IMG/VR virus record: IMGVR_UViG_3300037261_000033
Coordinates: 28,203-92,202 of that record
From: a virus
Length of the DNA: 64,000 nt
Reading direction: 5' to 3' (one strand)
Below are positions 19,068 through 29,635 of the stretch, piece after piece. Every line of letters begins with the position of its first letter. The first letter of the stretch is position 1. The position numbers and the translations under genes were made by a program. The notes under the pieces were generated by a model. It did not search any database, was not told where the DNA came from, and saw nothing but the letters and a program-made list of their open reading frames with translations.

Positions 19068-19598
19068 TGACCGGCCAGCGCGATATCCTGCGCCGTCTGC
19101 CGCTTTATTCGCGCTAACATCTTGCGCAGGATCGCTTCCAGTTCGCCGATGCGCGCCATCAACTCGCAATTGTGTTGCTCTGTTGCGTTAAACGGCGTCA
19201 CCCGGTTCATGACTTTCGGTAAATGACAAATCAGTTTCCGCAATTCGTCGTGCGTGGCGTGGTCGCGGATACCGATTGCCAGCGCGTGTAGCAAACTCTC
19301 TGCGTCTGTCGGCTTGCGCGTTCGGTTGCGCGGTAGCGGGAAGAGTGTTTCGCGCGGTTGTTTCTTTTTCGTGCTCATATCTTCTCGAAGATGTAAGAGT
19401 GCGGGGACGTTTCTTCGGTCGCTCCGATTGATTCAACCTTTAATCCGTTCTCGGTTGCCCACTGCGTTACTTTCTCTATTCGCTTCGCCGGGTTCCGTAC
19501 GTCGCGAAATTCGCTGTGAATTGGCTGAGATAGAACGCGCAGCTTCCCCTTCGGTTGCGCCGCGAAGTAAGCCGCGATCTCGTCTGTCGCTTTCCTGC

Positions 19599-20876
19599 TC
19601 ATGATGCGCCCGGAATTGCCGCGTGGTATTCATCCCTGAATTTCGCAGCGGCGATTTGCCAGTCCCAAGTTTGCGTTTCCCAGTTTCCGCCGCTCGCGTT
19701 CGCGATTATACCCCACGCTTGTTCAAGAAGTAATGCCGCAGTCTTCGCGTCCGCTTTCGCTTCTTCACGTGCTTCGCGCGTTAATCCGATGCAGTAACTG
19801 AGTGTAACTTCCTGTCGTTTTAGCCGTCCGTTTTCGAGTAGGCACTCAGCTCTTTGCTGGCACGCGAGCTTCAAATCTGCGGCGAGTTGATCGCGCTCCT
19901 TTACTAACTCTGAATTTCGAGCGTGCATCGCTCTCGCCTCATCGCGCCACAATTCTTTAATAATCGGTTCACTTGCGCGTTTTATCTGCGCGGCGCTATC
20001 GCCCGGCGCGTGAAACACTGGTGGCGACGAAAGCAGGTTCGCGATTTGATCTGCATTTTCTTTCGTAATCCATCTCCCGTCGCCGAGTAGGTCATGCTTA
20101 ACGGTTTCATCCCATAGCTTCCGCAACTCCGCGATCACTCGTTCCTTGTGGCCGGTGAACTCTTCGATGATGTGTACGACTCGTGTCATAAACTTATTAT
20201 CTCCGAGAGTCGGAACAATCGAGGCGTAATACATCTCGCGCGCCTCACCCATGATTCTCCGCGCCGCTTCCCTTACCGAGAATGGCGGTTTATGCGTAGG
20301 CATTCGCCCGCCTTCCGTGAACGCTTTCTTGCGCACGCTCCAAGTTTGTAAATGACTACCGGGCCACGCTGGTTGTTGGATTTGCACTATCTCATCCGGC
20401 TGGCATCCGTACTTCGCGATGAACGCTTCCATGATTTCGTCCCGCTGCTCCATCACCCTATGCCACGCATCTTGAGCGCGCTCGAAGAACTGCAAGAACG
20501 GTGTCTTCGCGGCAGGCGTTTTTGAATCGTGCCGGGGTTCCAATCCAGCAATTGCGTGTGGTTTTTCGAAAGTAATAACGCAGCCGCCCACTGTTTCGCG
20601 CGTGTTATGCGCGGTGATCTTCGCAATCTTACCGTCCGCGTCGCGCTCGACCGTTACGCCGTCGAACTGCTTCAATGTAACAGCCTGATTCGAAAGCCGC
20701 TCCGGTATCGTCGTGAACTTGTGCTTAGGGTCTTCCTGAATAGCCACAACACTCGGAAGACTATTTTCGACTATAGCCTTCACCCCCTGCGGATACACTG
20801 TTCTGTACGGCCCGCCGAATGGCACCGTGATAAGAAATATTCCGTCGTGCGTTTTCTGTATCGTGATTGCGTTCAT
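19599..20876 (-). CDS. Mosaic hypothetical protein
   Basis: Long ORF downstream of promoter 20892-20920; C-terminal AWGIIANASGGNW phage motif. Confidence 0.7.
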   Translation of the reverse strand: MNAITIQKTHDGIFLITVPFGGPYRTVYPQGVKAIVENSLPSVVAIQEDPKHKFTTIPERLSNQAVTLKQFDGVTVERDADGKIAKITAHNTRETVGGCVITFEKPHAIAGLEPRHDSKTPAAKTPFLQFFERAQDAWHRVMEQRDEIMEAFIAKYGCQPDEIVQIQQPAWPGSHLQTWSVRKKAFTEGGRMPTHKPPFSVREAARRIMGEAREMYYASIVPTLGDNKFMTRVVHIIEEFTGHKERVIAELRKLWDETVKHDLLGDGRWITKENADQIANLLSSPPVFHAPGDSAAQIKRASEPIIKELWRDEARAMHARNSELVKERDQLAADLKLACQQRAECLLENGRLKRQEVTLSYCIGLTREAREEAKADAKTAALLLEQAWGIIANASGGNWETQTWDWQIAAAKFRDEYHAAIPGAS

Positions 20877-20891
20877 AATCGTTGAAAGCAA

Positions 20892-20920
20892 ATCGTCCGT
20901 TAAGTCTAACGGAAAGTAAA
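20892..20920 (-). promoter_or_regulatory. Promoter TTTACT-17-GACGAT
   Basis: Family member in an intergenic gap. Confidence 0.6.
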
Positions 20921-21113
20921 GGCTTTATTTCTGTTCGAATCCCGCGCGCCGTTTGATCCGCCGCTTGCAGTGCTCTAACGCGATATATTCTCTCGCCGCG
21001 CGCTGATGATCTTTTGCTTTAACGGTTTCCGGCAACGCTGAATTACAACTCATGCACGCTCCGTTCGCGAATAACGCCGAGACTTGATGTCCGCACGTTT
21101 CGCAACGCACGGC

Positions 21114-21695
21114 TTACGCTCCGGCTGGCACTAACTCATCAACGATATGGAGCGTCGCCTGATCTGCTCCTGCGAAGTCGAAAAGTAATTGCCCGCTCTT
21201 CTGCCGAATCATTACCGCTTGCTGAACTTCAATGCTCGCTATGCCGTGCCGCGCTGCTATCGCCGTAAACCAGCCGAACTGATAGTCGTGGTCGCGCATC
21301 TTAAACATCGGCCTGTTCAAATCATCCGTCTTCGCTTTCTCCGTTCCCGCCAGCATCATCGGGTTAAGATGGTATAGCTCGTGGTCAAGGAGCGCGGTCT
21401 GTTGCGGCGGCGTAAACGTTTCCCAAAGTTCTCCGTCGATCTTGATGAGCACGTCGCCTTCGCCTAACGCGCGGTGAATCAGGCTCGTGACGTTGATCGT
21501 CGCTGCCGCCGCCGTGCCGTGCAGCTTCAACGCCGGGCCGGTTGGGTTGCCCGCTTCATCCTCTGACGCGTAGCACATTAGGAAGTCGATGCGCGGTTTG
21601 ATCTTCGCTAGCGTCGTCGGGTAGAACTTACGCATGATCTTCCCGGCCAGTTGTTCGACTTCTTTCTTCGCGCGAATAAATCTGTGATGCGTCAT
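21114..21695 (-). CDS. Putative phage metallopeptidase-domain protein
   Basis: W...QQTALLDHELYH...RDHD. Confidence 0.8.
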   Translation of the reverse strand: MTHHRFIRAKKEVEQLAGKIMRKFYPTTLAKIKPRIDFLMCYASEDEAGNPTGPALKLHGTAAAATINVTSLIHRALGEGDVLIKIDGELWETFTPPQQTALLDHELYHLNPMMLAGTEKAKTDDLNRPMFKMRDHDYQFGWFTAIAARHGIASIEVQQAVMIRQKSGQLLFDFAGADQATLHIVDELVPAGA

Positions 21696-22239
21696 TGGTT
21701 TTCTTCCTTATCTTCGATTGCTGCGGTCGCGCCCTTCGGGTAAAATTTTACTTTGGCGGTTCCAGAATGAAAACCGGTGTAAGGCGGCGTGCTCATTTCA
21801 ATTACTCCGTCGATCCGCGTGCCGTTTTCCAAAAATAATCCGCTACCTGCGTGCGATCCGTCGAGGCGCATAGATAGCTTACGCGTTAAGTAATATTCCA
21901 TCTCGCATTCTTCAAGTTCTAACACCGCGACTGTGATAGCTAAACTGCGAAGCATTAGCTGCATCCCATCGGGTAGAAACACTTTCGTGCCTTTGCTCGT
22001 GCCATCCGATTGAACTCGCAGGTAGTTCTTCATTGGTTGCCCGGCCACTCCACTGCGTCAGCTTCACCGCGAAATACTTTCCACGCTATCCGTAGGCGCT
22101 CTCGGAATGAGACGTAACCGGACTGGCGTGACGGATACCATTGATGCCAGATACAAACCTTCGCCCCCGTTTGGTAATGCCGGACAAGTTCAATCAACTT
22201 CCAGAGCTTCGGTGCTTTTTTCATTTCATTTTCGTTTCT

Positions 22240-22290
22240 AAAAAAGTGCTGCCCGGCGGGTTCCCTTTAAGCCCCGCGCCGGGCAGCGGC
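22240..22290 (-). terminator. Intrinsic terminator-like hairpin
   Basis: GCTGCCCGGCG...CGCCGGGCAGC followed by ACTTTTTT on the minus strand. Confidence 0.65.
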
Positions 22291-22552
22291 CCCTTTATGT
22301 CTCCTACTATTTATCTCTCCGAATCCGCAAGATGGAAAGCTTTTTCTTTCCCGGCTTAGCGTCCTTGGATGCTAACTGAAATTGGCGGCGTATGTCCCTT
22401 GTGTCGCCTCGGGTTAATCCCGTGCCTACGCTCAAACTCCGCGTCGGCTTCTAATATTCCATCTGCTTCGATCTGTTCCATCTTTGGTAGCTTAATGAAA
22501 TCCGCGTAATGTTTGTCGCTTTGGATCGCGAACGTCGTGTAGGTGAACGTTT

Positions 22553-25402
22553 TCATTTTCGACGTTCCAAATAGTCTCGCGCCAATTGCTTCACCCGTTC
22601 CCCGGCGCTCTGTGAGAAGTCCGGCGCGACCCGCGCCTTATCCGGGTCAACTACGCTTCGTGCCTGCGCGCTCTTTAATCCTAGCACGCTCGCTATTGTC
22701 GGGTCGCTCCCTGCGTCGCTGATTAAGAAATACGCGATCACGCCGCCGATAAGTCCATCCCGGTTGAGGCGACCAATACAGTTGCCAACTATCGCGACGC
22801 GTCCATTGCGGCGTGTCACTAATGTTCCCAACTCGTTTGTCACGCACCACACTTGCTCGTTTGGATAGCTTTGCGTTTTAGAGAATGCGTTTGCCTTACT
22901 TCCTCTCGGTAAGCTCGCCTCCTTAGCTGACGCGATGTAAATGTCGAATACGTCCCTTCCGTTTTTCGTCTTCTGTTTTCGTTCCGAAATGTTCGCGCTG
23001 AACCCGCGCCGAACGCACAGCGATTGCAAGCGGTCTAAGAATTTCTTGTTTGTGTTCGTTACGCGAATGACGTTTTTGAGTTGTTGGCTTTTCGCTCCGT
23101 CCCCCATGCGGACTCCGTGTAAGAAATGCGTTAGCTGCGCGCGGGTCATTCCGTCGAGTAATGGGCTCATGTTTTTGTCGAAGTACGCTTCGAGATGTTG
23201 GCAGCCTTTTTCGGTGCGCTTGATTACCGGCTCCATCACGCCATCACCGGCTCTCAACTTCTTCCTCTTTTTATACACTGCGCTTGCCGTGCGATCTAAT
23301 CGCTCTCCGATGATTGCTTTACTGTGACCAGCGGAAATCATTTCCTCCAATGTTGCGATTTCGGAGGCACTCCAACGCTGCAAGTTGCCTTTAGGAATTT
23401 GGTAAATGTTCATCAACGTCCCGTTTTGGTTCCGATGTTGATACCGTGCCCATGTCACTCCGCAATCGTTGAGACATCCTACTAAGTCTGCATTCCAAGG
23501 TTGGTGCGCGGCTTGGTAAATGCATAATTGTCGCCCGTTGAAATAGCCATCTGTTATGAACCATCCTAAAAGGCGTAGCTCGCTGTCTGACAGCGGTAAT
23601 CCTGCCGCGCGCTCGTCACCGCTCACTGGAATGAACCGTCGCGCCTGACACGACAGTTTACTCGCTTCTTGAAAGTCCCAGTCAGACCTACCAACGCCCA
23701 TGACGGTGCGCGTTTTTCGCCTAACGACCATGCGGTGATTGCCAGTCACTCGAATATCCGTCTTTTCCGTTTTCGTTGCGAACATCTCCTCGTTGTCAGC
23801 AAGCGGGCGCGTTATTTTATCCGTTGCTTTTACCCATCGAATACTTCCGTCAGATGCATTAAACCCTGCCACTTCATCTCCGATATTTACCCGATCAGGC
23901 CCGACGAATCCTGTTCGCGTTAATATTTCTGTATCGCTTGATAGGCATTGATCGTGAACGCCCGGCGACCAATCTAGTTCGCCGAACACGCACGTCCGGC
24001 TTACCGTCTGCAAACCGTCGATCCCGAGTCCAGAACGGAGCGACATTATCAGTACGTCGCAGCCGTCGCGACCTTTACTCTTGAACCGCCGTATCGCTTC
24101 TGCTTTCTGCGCAGGTGATTCGCTTCCCGTGTAAAGAAGTGGTCTGCAATCCGCCAAGCGTTCGAGATACACGCTGTAAACTTCCCGGTGCCATCCGAAC
24201 AAGACGATCTTCTCTCCGCTCTCCGCTAGCATTCGCACGAAGTCCGCCACGAACGGCGCTTTCGATACGCCCGTCGCCTGCCTCAACTTTATGTCAAACT
24301 CGCGCGCTGCTTGTCCGCTTTGCAAGAATGTTCCTTCAAGCACGAGCCGAGCTAATTCCGTAGCGTCACTTTGCACTTCTTTTAGCGCGTCGGCGTTGTG
24401 CGGTATCGTTGCGATATCTCGCTGCACTTGCGGCAGTTCTAATCCTACTTCTTCGCGCCGCCGCCGCAACATCAGGAACTCGTCTCGCAAGTATTGGCCG
24501 AACGCTTCCGGTTCTTTGATCGCGTAATTGTTTTTCCCTATCGGCGTACACCATTCCCGGTTGAACTCGCTCCAATTCGGTACGCGGTCGGGTGAAAGTA
24601 GTTTCAAGATGCTGTAAATCTCACCGCCGTAGTTGTAGATTGGAGTCGCGCTCAACCCCATCGCGTAATCGCACGTCTCACGGATCGCGGTCGCCGCGAA
24701 GTATTTCCCAGTCCCTTGATGTCGTAATTCTTGAACCTCGTCGAAGACGATTGATTTGTAACCGCGCTCGCGTAGCACGTCCGCCCACTTCGCAAGCTTC
24801 GAATACGTGATAATCATTACTGATACGCTCGGCAGCGAGTAGAGCGGCCCGCGCCTTATGATGTGAGTTGTCGCTGTTGGTAAAAAGACTTTAATGAAAT
24901 CGTTCCGCCATTGCTGCGCCAAGTGTGTCGGGCAAACCACGAGTGCCGGTAACGTCCCTTTCGCCGCGAACGATCCAAGCGCAGTCACGGTCTTTCCCAA
25001 CCCTAGCTCGTCCGTCAACAGTAAGCTCTTCGTCCTCATGTGAAGATCGACTGCGACTGCTTGATAATGCCGAAGCGGTTTCGCGAGGCGATAGGTCTTC
25101 GGCTTATAGTCTCGCGCTAGCACCCGTTCCATTTCATCTTGCACTTCGCGGTGTCCGGCGCTGCCGTCGCGTATCAGCCACGCCGTCGCGTCGTCTATCT
25201 CCATCGGGAAACGTTCGAAGAACCAATCCAAATCCCGGCACGTCTCCGGCGTATTCTCAATCGTAATCGCGCTGAACTCGAATTTGTTGATACGCGGGAA
25301 CAGCGCCTTCAATCGTATCCGCGTGTTAGCGCCGCAGAGGATGACGAACTTATTCTCCGTCGTCGTTACTTGTCCGAACGTCTTCACGCGAAGTTCTTCC
25401 AA
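22553..25402 (-). CDS. SNF2-family helicase containing an intein
   Basis: DELGLGKT, DEVQ, LSATP, ELDWSP..Q|intein|CIGRLNR. Confidence 0.92.
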   Translation of the reverse strand: MEELRVKTFGQVTTTENKFVILCGANTRIRLKALFPRINKFEFSAITIENTPETCRDLDWFFERFPMEIDDATAWLIRDGSAGHREVQDEMERVLARDYKPKTYRLAKPLRHYQAVAVDLHMRTKSLLLTDELGLGKTVTALGSFAAKGTLPALVVCPTHLAQQWRNDFIKVFLPTATTHIIRRGPLYSLPSVSVMIITYSKLAKWADVLRERGYKSIVFDEVQELRHQGTGKYFAATAIRETCDYAMGLSATPIYNYGGEIYSILKLLSPDRVPNWSEFNREWCTPIGKNNYAIKEPEAFGQYLRDEFLMLRRRREEVGLELPQVQRDIATIPHNADALKEVQSDATELARLVLEGTFLQSGQAAREFDIKLRQATGVSKAPFVADFVRMLAESGEKIVLFGWHREVYSVYLERLADCRPLLYTGSESPAQKAEAIRRFKSKGRDGCDVLIMSLRSGLGIDGLQTVSRTCVFGELDWSPGVHDQCLSSDTEILTRTGFVGPDRVNIGDEVAGFNASDGSIRWVKATDKITRPLADNEEMFATKTEKTDIRVTGNHRMVVRRKTRTVMGVGRSDWDFQEASKLSCQARRFIPVSGDERAAGLPLSDSELRLLGWFITDGYFNGRQLCIYQAAHQPWNADLVGCLNDCGVTWARYQHRNQNGTLMNIYQIPKGNLQRWSASEIATLEEMISAGHSKAIIGERLDRTASAVYKKRKKLRAGDGVMEPVIKRTEKGCQHLEAYFDKNMSPLLDGMTRAQLTHFLHGVRMGDGAKSQQLKNVIRVTNTNKKFLDRLQSLCVRRGFSANISERKQKTKNGRDVFDIYIASAKEASLPRGSKANAFSKTQSYPNEQVWCVTNELGTLVTRRNGRVAIVGNCIGRLNRDGLIGGVIAYFLISDAGSDPTIASVLGLKSAQARSVVDPDKARVAPDFSQSAGERVKQLARDYLERRK
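22781..23947 (-). mobile_element. Intein (389 aa) with LAGLIDADG endonuclease
   Basis: N-terminal CLSSDTEILT, block B VTGNHRM, LLGWFITDG and FLHGVRMGDG, C-terminal AIVGN followed by C+1. Confidence 0.92.
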
Positions 25403-25785
25403 ATCTCAGCGTTATAGATCGGCTTGCCCGATAGCGTCGCCGGAATCGCGAGCGGCTGGCGGCTCATTACAATTACACCGCGCACGTCAGCTTCGTCCGC
25501 ATACGCCTTTATCTGTCGTAGTACCTTCGCTCTACCGTCTTTTGTTTTCGTCTCTATCGCGATGCCTAACTCGTAAACGTAAAAGTCGAGCCTGCCGACG
25601 CCCGGCAACATGAACTCGCGATGATGCTTTATTCCAGCCTCGGTTAGCACTTTCGCGACGCGATCTTGTAGCTCGCGCTCGCTATTGCATTGCGCGCTGA
25701 CTCTCGAAAGCAGCAAAAGAAGGGTCGGCACGCCAGCTAGTTCATTCAGTAATGACCGCTGACATTTCTCTTCGCTTCGTTTCAT
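25384..25785 (-). CDS. PD-(D/E)XK nuclease-like protein
   Basis: REF...GRLDFYV...IAIETK. Confidence 0.65.
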   Translation of the reverse strand: MKRSEEKCQRSLLNELAGVPTLLLLLSRVSAQCNSERELQDRVAKVLTEAGIKHHREFMLPGVGRLDFYVYELGIAIETKTKDGRAKVLRQIKAYADEADVRGVIVMSRQPLAIPATLSGKPIYNAEIWKNFA

Positions 25786-25823
25786 GCCGTTAAGTATCAC
25801 GCGGCCCGCTTTCGATTGAAAGC

Positions 25824-27350
25824 CTAAATTCCGCCTACCGTGATGCGGCGCGTCTTGCCCATCTTGAATTGTATCCCATAACGACAACCATCGAATGCGT
25901 GGTCAATCGCGTTATCGCTAATGTCTTCCGGGTCTTTTTCATCGCGGAGCAACTGCGGGATTGTTTCTATGGCGCTCTTACAACATTCGAAGAAAACAAG
26001 ACCGGGCCGGTCATGAAGTGGTTTGCCATTCGCGTCTAAGATTTGTTTCCCGTTTGGCTTCCCGTTCTCCGTCATGATCGGCGCGTCTTTATTCGGAGCG
26101 AGTAGCCGATGAAAGTTCTGCACGCCAGCAACGCGGCTGCCGGGCCATTTCTGCGCCGGTGTCCATTTGCATCCGAGTCGGTTCATCTGATCGCCACGTG
26201 TGATTTGCTTCTGTCCTTCCTTATCGCTTTGTCCGATGTCCGTGAAAGCGTTGTTATCGTAAAGTCCCTTCAAAGGTTCTTCGTTGTAAAAGGTGTTGAG
26301 TTTCCCGTCCGCGTCGCGCGTTCCGTCTTGCAGAATAATCTGCTTGTCCCTTTCCAGCACGCGGCGCGCGATTTCCTCTGGTAACATTCCTTTGCGATAC
26401 AGTTCGTCGATGATGTAGATCGTCTTGCGTTCCGGGTCTTGCGTAAGCCAATAGATCGCCGTCTCCGCCGCGTAGCCGTCGTCTCCGCCCCTCCATAGCG
26501 TCCAACCGTTCGGTATGGCAAAGCCGGAGTGAACGTGCCACGGCCTGCCGTGCATCGTTGCGCGCCAAACCTCACCGAACATGCTCCCTGCGACGACAGA
26601 CCAATCACCTTCCTTCATCGCGCGAACGAGTACCGCGTCACCCATGCCTTCCAAGCGGTCGAGATAGTTCGGATCGTTCCGCAACAGCGCCGGGTTGTCC
26701 GTATTCCGCGCCGGGATAAACACGCGCTTCATGCCGCCTTCTTTCGGTTCCGTCTGCACGACGTTATACGCGCCATGATCAATGAACGTTTTCTTTACAA
26801 ATGCGTGCGAGATTCCGCCCGGATTCGCGCCGCATAGGATTCTCGGGAAAACTCCTTTCATGTGTTTCGGCGGTATCCAGTTTCCAAGTCGCACTGAGCC
26901 CCGGAGATAGCGGTACTGTTGCTCTGAGAATTGCGTTAGCTCATCGAGTCCTAGAAAATGAATTTCCGGCCCTTGGTATTTCGTAACGTGCCGCTCAAGC
27001 TGTAGATGGTTCAAGAAGATGCGCGCGCCGTTCCAAAAACTGATTTGATGCGACGTAATCCGCGCGTGCTGCCGTTGCACCATCTTTGCAAGCATCACGT
27101 GGAAGCTGGTCGGCCCTTCCATGTGATTCGCTTTTAGATCGGGATAGAGACGCCGGAAAAGGTAACACTGCAATCCCGGCGCTTCGATACAGCACATGCA
27201 CATTGCTGCGCGTATCAAAAAACTTTTCCCCGGCCCCTTCGCTCCGCCGAAGAGCACTTCGTTCGCCTTGGTGGTAAACGCTAAGGTCTGTTGCGGCCAG
27301 AGTGACCAATCAAAGTCATACTCTTCGTTGACGACTTCAACTTGTGGCAT
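25824..27350 (-). CDS. terL: Terminase large subunit
   Basis: GGAKGPGKS Walker A, LDELTQF Walker B, ANPG, DNP, GDW, C-terminal DHAFDGCRY. Confidence 0.95.
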   Translation of the reverse strand: MPQVEVVNEEYDFDWSLWPQQTLAFTTKANEVLFGGAKGPGKSFLIRAAMCMCCIEAPGLQCYLFRRLYPDLKANHMEGPTSFHVMLAKMVQRQHARITSHQISFWNGARIFLNHLQLERHVTKYQGPEIHFLGLDELTQFSEQQYRYLRGSVRLGNWIPPKHMKGVFPRILCGANPGGISHAFVKKTFIDHGAYNVVQTEPKEGGMKRVFIPARNTDNPALLRNDPNYLDRLEGMGDAVLVRAMKEGDWSVVAGSMFGEVWRATMHGRPWHVHSGFAIPNGWTLWRGGDDGYAAETAIYWLTQDPERKTIYIIDELYRKGMLPEEIARRVLERDKQIILQDGTRDADGKLNTFYNEEPLKGLYDNNAFTDIGQSDKEGQKQITRGDQMNRLGCKWTPAQKWPGSRVAGVQNFHRLLAPNKDAPIMTENGKPNGKQILDANGKPLHDRPGLVFFECCKSAIETIPQLLRDEKDPEDISDNAIDHAFDGCRYGIQFKMGKTRRITVGGI

Positions 27351-28029
27351 CGGCGTTCATCAGCCGCATCGCTTTCTCGCTCTCAGCGTTGGTCAATAGC
27401 TGTAGCCGGACGCGCGGTTGAACTAACGTCACAGGGATCGGGCCACCATCTGAGCCTTCATGCGCGTGCCGTTGCGTTGCTTTCGGTAATACCCCGGCGT
27501 CCTGCAATAATGAGATTCTGACTTCCGAGATTTTGGTCGCCGTGTTGAGATAGCCTATTTTCTCGTTCCCTTCCGACTCACGAATGCCGTGTAAAGCGAT
27601 AGCGCGCCCCGCTTCTAAGTCGGCAAGCGTTTCATTCAAAATTGCGCTGGCGTGCGTAGCGTCCAGCGTCTCGCACAACGCTTTCTCGATGGCTCGTAGA
27701 TCGTTGATGACCGTTTGCTGTCCCGCGCCCAGTTCCGCCGCCATCTCGCGCACGCTGTAACCGAGTAATCGCATCGTATAAACTTTCGTGCGCCGCTGCT
27801 TCTGCGAAAACGTTCCCTCGAAACTCTTCGGATCGATTGCTCTCGTTTGCTCTCTCTTCCCCTTAGCAGCGGTGATTGGAACGCGAACTCGCTTGATGAT
27901 TCTTTTCAGTCGTTTCCGTTCGCTCTCACTGAGGAGTCCGCCCTTAGTCAATCTACTCACACGGTTGAGTTGATCTCGGTCGAGTAACGCTTGCGCGTCC
28001 TTCGGTGTGATTTGTTCTTCTGCGCTCAT
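27337..28029 (-). CDS. Probable terminase small subunit
   Basis: HTH GYSVREMAAELG...TVINDL, HEGSDGGPI tail; immediately upstream of terL. Confidence 0.65.
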   Translation of the reverse strand: MSAEEQITPKDAQALLDRDQLNRVSRLTKGGLLSESERKRLKRIIKRVRVPITAAKGKREQTRAIDPKSFEGTFSQKQRRTKVYTMRLLGYSVREMAAELGAGQQTVINDLRAIEKALCETLDATHASAILNETLADLEAGRAIALHGIRESEGNEKIGYLNTATKISEVRISLLQDAGVLPKATQRHAHEGSDGGPIPVTLVQPRVRLQLLTNAESEKAMRLMNADATS

Positions 28030-28058
28030 ATTCGTTTCGTTCCTTCTTTTCTTTCGCG

Positions 28059-29057
28059 TTAGAGTTTCAGGATGCGCTGCTTTACGTGTTCCGCAACTGC
28101 TTTCATAAGAAGCGGTGGGACGCTATTACCCATTCTTGATACGGCTCCGCTCCATGTTTTCTCTACATTCCCTTCGTCCGCGAATTTGAAATCATCTGGA
28201 AATCCGAAAAGTCTTTTGTATTCGTTCGTTGTAAAGCGTCGCTTCTCTCGCCAATGCATTGAGCCGTAAAGTCCGATATTGCCATCACTTTTTCTTATTG
28301 TTGGTGATGGTTTTTCGGGGTTGGCTTTAACCGCGCCGAATCCTTTTACCTCTTTCCGCGCCCCGCTTACGCTCTGGCCGGGCTTGGTAATTTCCCAATC
28401 AGTGAAAGCTACGTTATTCGAGCATTCCGAAAGCATCCAGTTCCTTTCAGTTTCTTCTATATTAACTTTGCGTAACGCCTCGCTGCATGAAATAACCCGC
28501 GTTACGTTCGGAGTAGGGAGCGTTGCCTCGCCTACTCGTGTTCCTATTACTATGACTCTATTCCGAGCTTGCGGGGTTCCGTAATGCGCGGCGTTGAGAA
28601 CTTCCGCTTTTACGTGATAGCCGCTCGCCCGCAGCGATACCATTAGCGCGAGAAACATTGGCTTCATGTGTCCTTTAATAAGCCCCGTAACATTTTCCAT
28701 TACGAAAGTCTTTGGCTTAAGCGCTTGAAGTAGTCGCACGTATTGATCTGAGAGAGTATTTCTTTGGTCATTTAATTTTCTCTTCCCTGCCGTCGAAAAC
28801 CCCTGACATGGCGGTGAGCCGTCAAGCACGTCCAGTTCGCCTTTCTTAACGCCCGCGAGCTTCATGCACTCCGCGCCGCTTAGCTCCTTTATGTCGCCGT
28901 GATAGACCGGCACGCGTGGAAAGTTTAGCTTGAACGTCGCGACCGCGTTATCATCCCACTCAACCGCGAGCAATTCCTTGAATCCCGCCCATTTGTAACC
29001 AAGTGAACTTCCGCCACAGCCCGCGAAGAGTGAAATAACGGTCGGCTTCCTGCTCAC
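28059..29057 (-). CDS. C5 cytosine DNA methyltransferase
   Basis: FAGCGG, GSPPCQGFS, MENV, QARNRV, GNSVPP. Confidence 0.95.
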   Translation of the reverse strand: MSRKPTVISLFAGCGGSSLGYKWAGFKELLAVEWDDNAVATFKLNFPRVPVYHGDIKELSGAECMKLAGVKKGELDVLDGSPPCQGFSTAGKRKLNDQRNTLSDQYVRLLQALKPKTFVMENVTGLIKGHMKPMFLALMVSLRASGYHVKAEVLNAAHYGTPQARNRVIVIGTRVGEATLPTPNVTRVISCSEALRKVNIEETERNWMLSECSNNVAFTDWEITKPGQSVSGARKEVKGFGAVKANPEKPSPTIRKSDGNIGLYGSMHWREKRRFTTNEYKRLFGFPDDFKFADEGNVEKTWSGAVSRMGNSVPPLLMKAVAEHVKQRILKL

Positions 29058-29635
29058 CAGCTAAATCCACATTTAGGGCATTTGTGTGAAACTTTTCCCA
29101 ACTTCTCTTCATCAACCGGAGTGTTGCTGTCCGGTATCACTAACTTTTTTAGAAGTGCGTCCATTTCTTCTTTATCGAATCCGAGTAAGTCGATGCTTAT
29201 CGGTTTCTGCGCGCCCTGTAATTCAGCGAGCAGCTTCGCAAGCGCAGTGTCGTTAAACTCTCCGCCGTGCCGGTTCGCCGCGATCATTGCCGCCGCTTCT
29301 TTTTGTTTCGGCCAGTCAACTTCGCGGTAGGCGTAGCGTGTTCCGTTCACTTCGCAGTGGCCGTAGGCAACTGTACCGGTCTTATCCGGTTCCTTAAGCG
29401 CCTCTGTAATCGTTACCTTTGTTTCAGGTGAGTTGAAGGCCGCGATTCTTTGATGTCCGCCGACCAACCTTTCCGTTCTTCGGTTTAGAACGATGCCACC
29501 TAAGTCTCCGAACTCCGCTAATGCTTTCCCTAGCTTTTCAAGTTGCGCCGGGGAAATAAGGCGTGGGTTTTTCGGGTTCGCGTTGAGCGTGGTCAGTAAG
29601 CGCGCGTCCCCCTTTTTGAGCGGCTTCTTTTTCAT
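29054..29635 (-). CDS. ParB/Srx N-terminal-domain protein
   Basis: NPKNPR, LVGGHQR, terminal CPKCG; typical location beside methylase and terminase genes. Confidence 0.8.
   Translation of the reverse strand: MKKKPLKKGDARLLTTLNANPKNPRLISPAQLEKLGKALAEFGDLGGIVLNRRTERLVGGHQRIAAFNSPETKVTITEALKEPDKTGTVAYGHCEVNGTRYAYREVDWPKQKEAAAMIAANRHGGEFNDTALAKLLAELQGAQKPISIDLLGFDKEEMDALLKKLVIPDSNTPVDEEKLGKVSHKCPKCGFSW

Noticed and set aside
25325-25342. Additional palindrome half-sites (also near 51003 and 61582)
   Set aside because: Only one arm matches, so they were not counted as copies.
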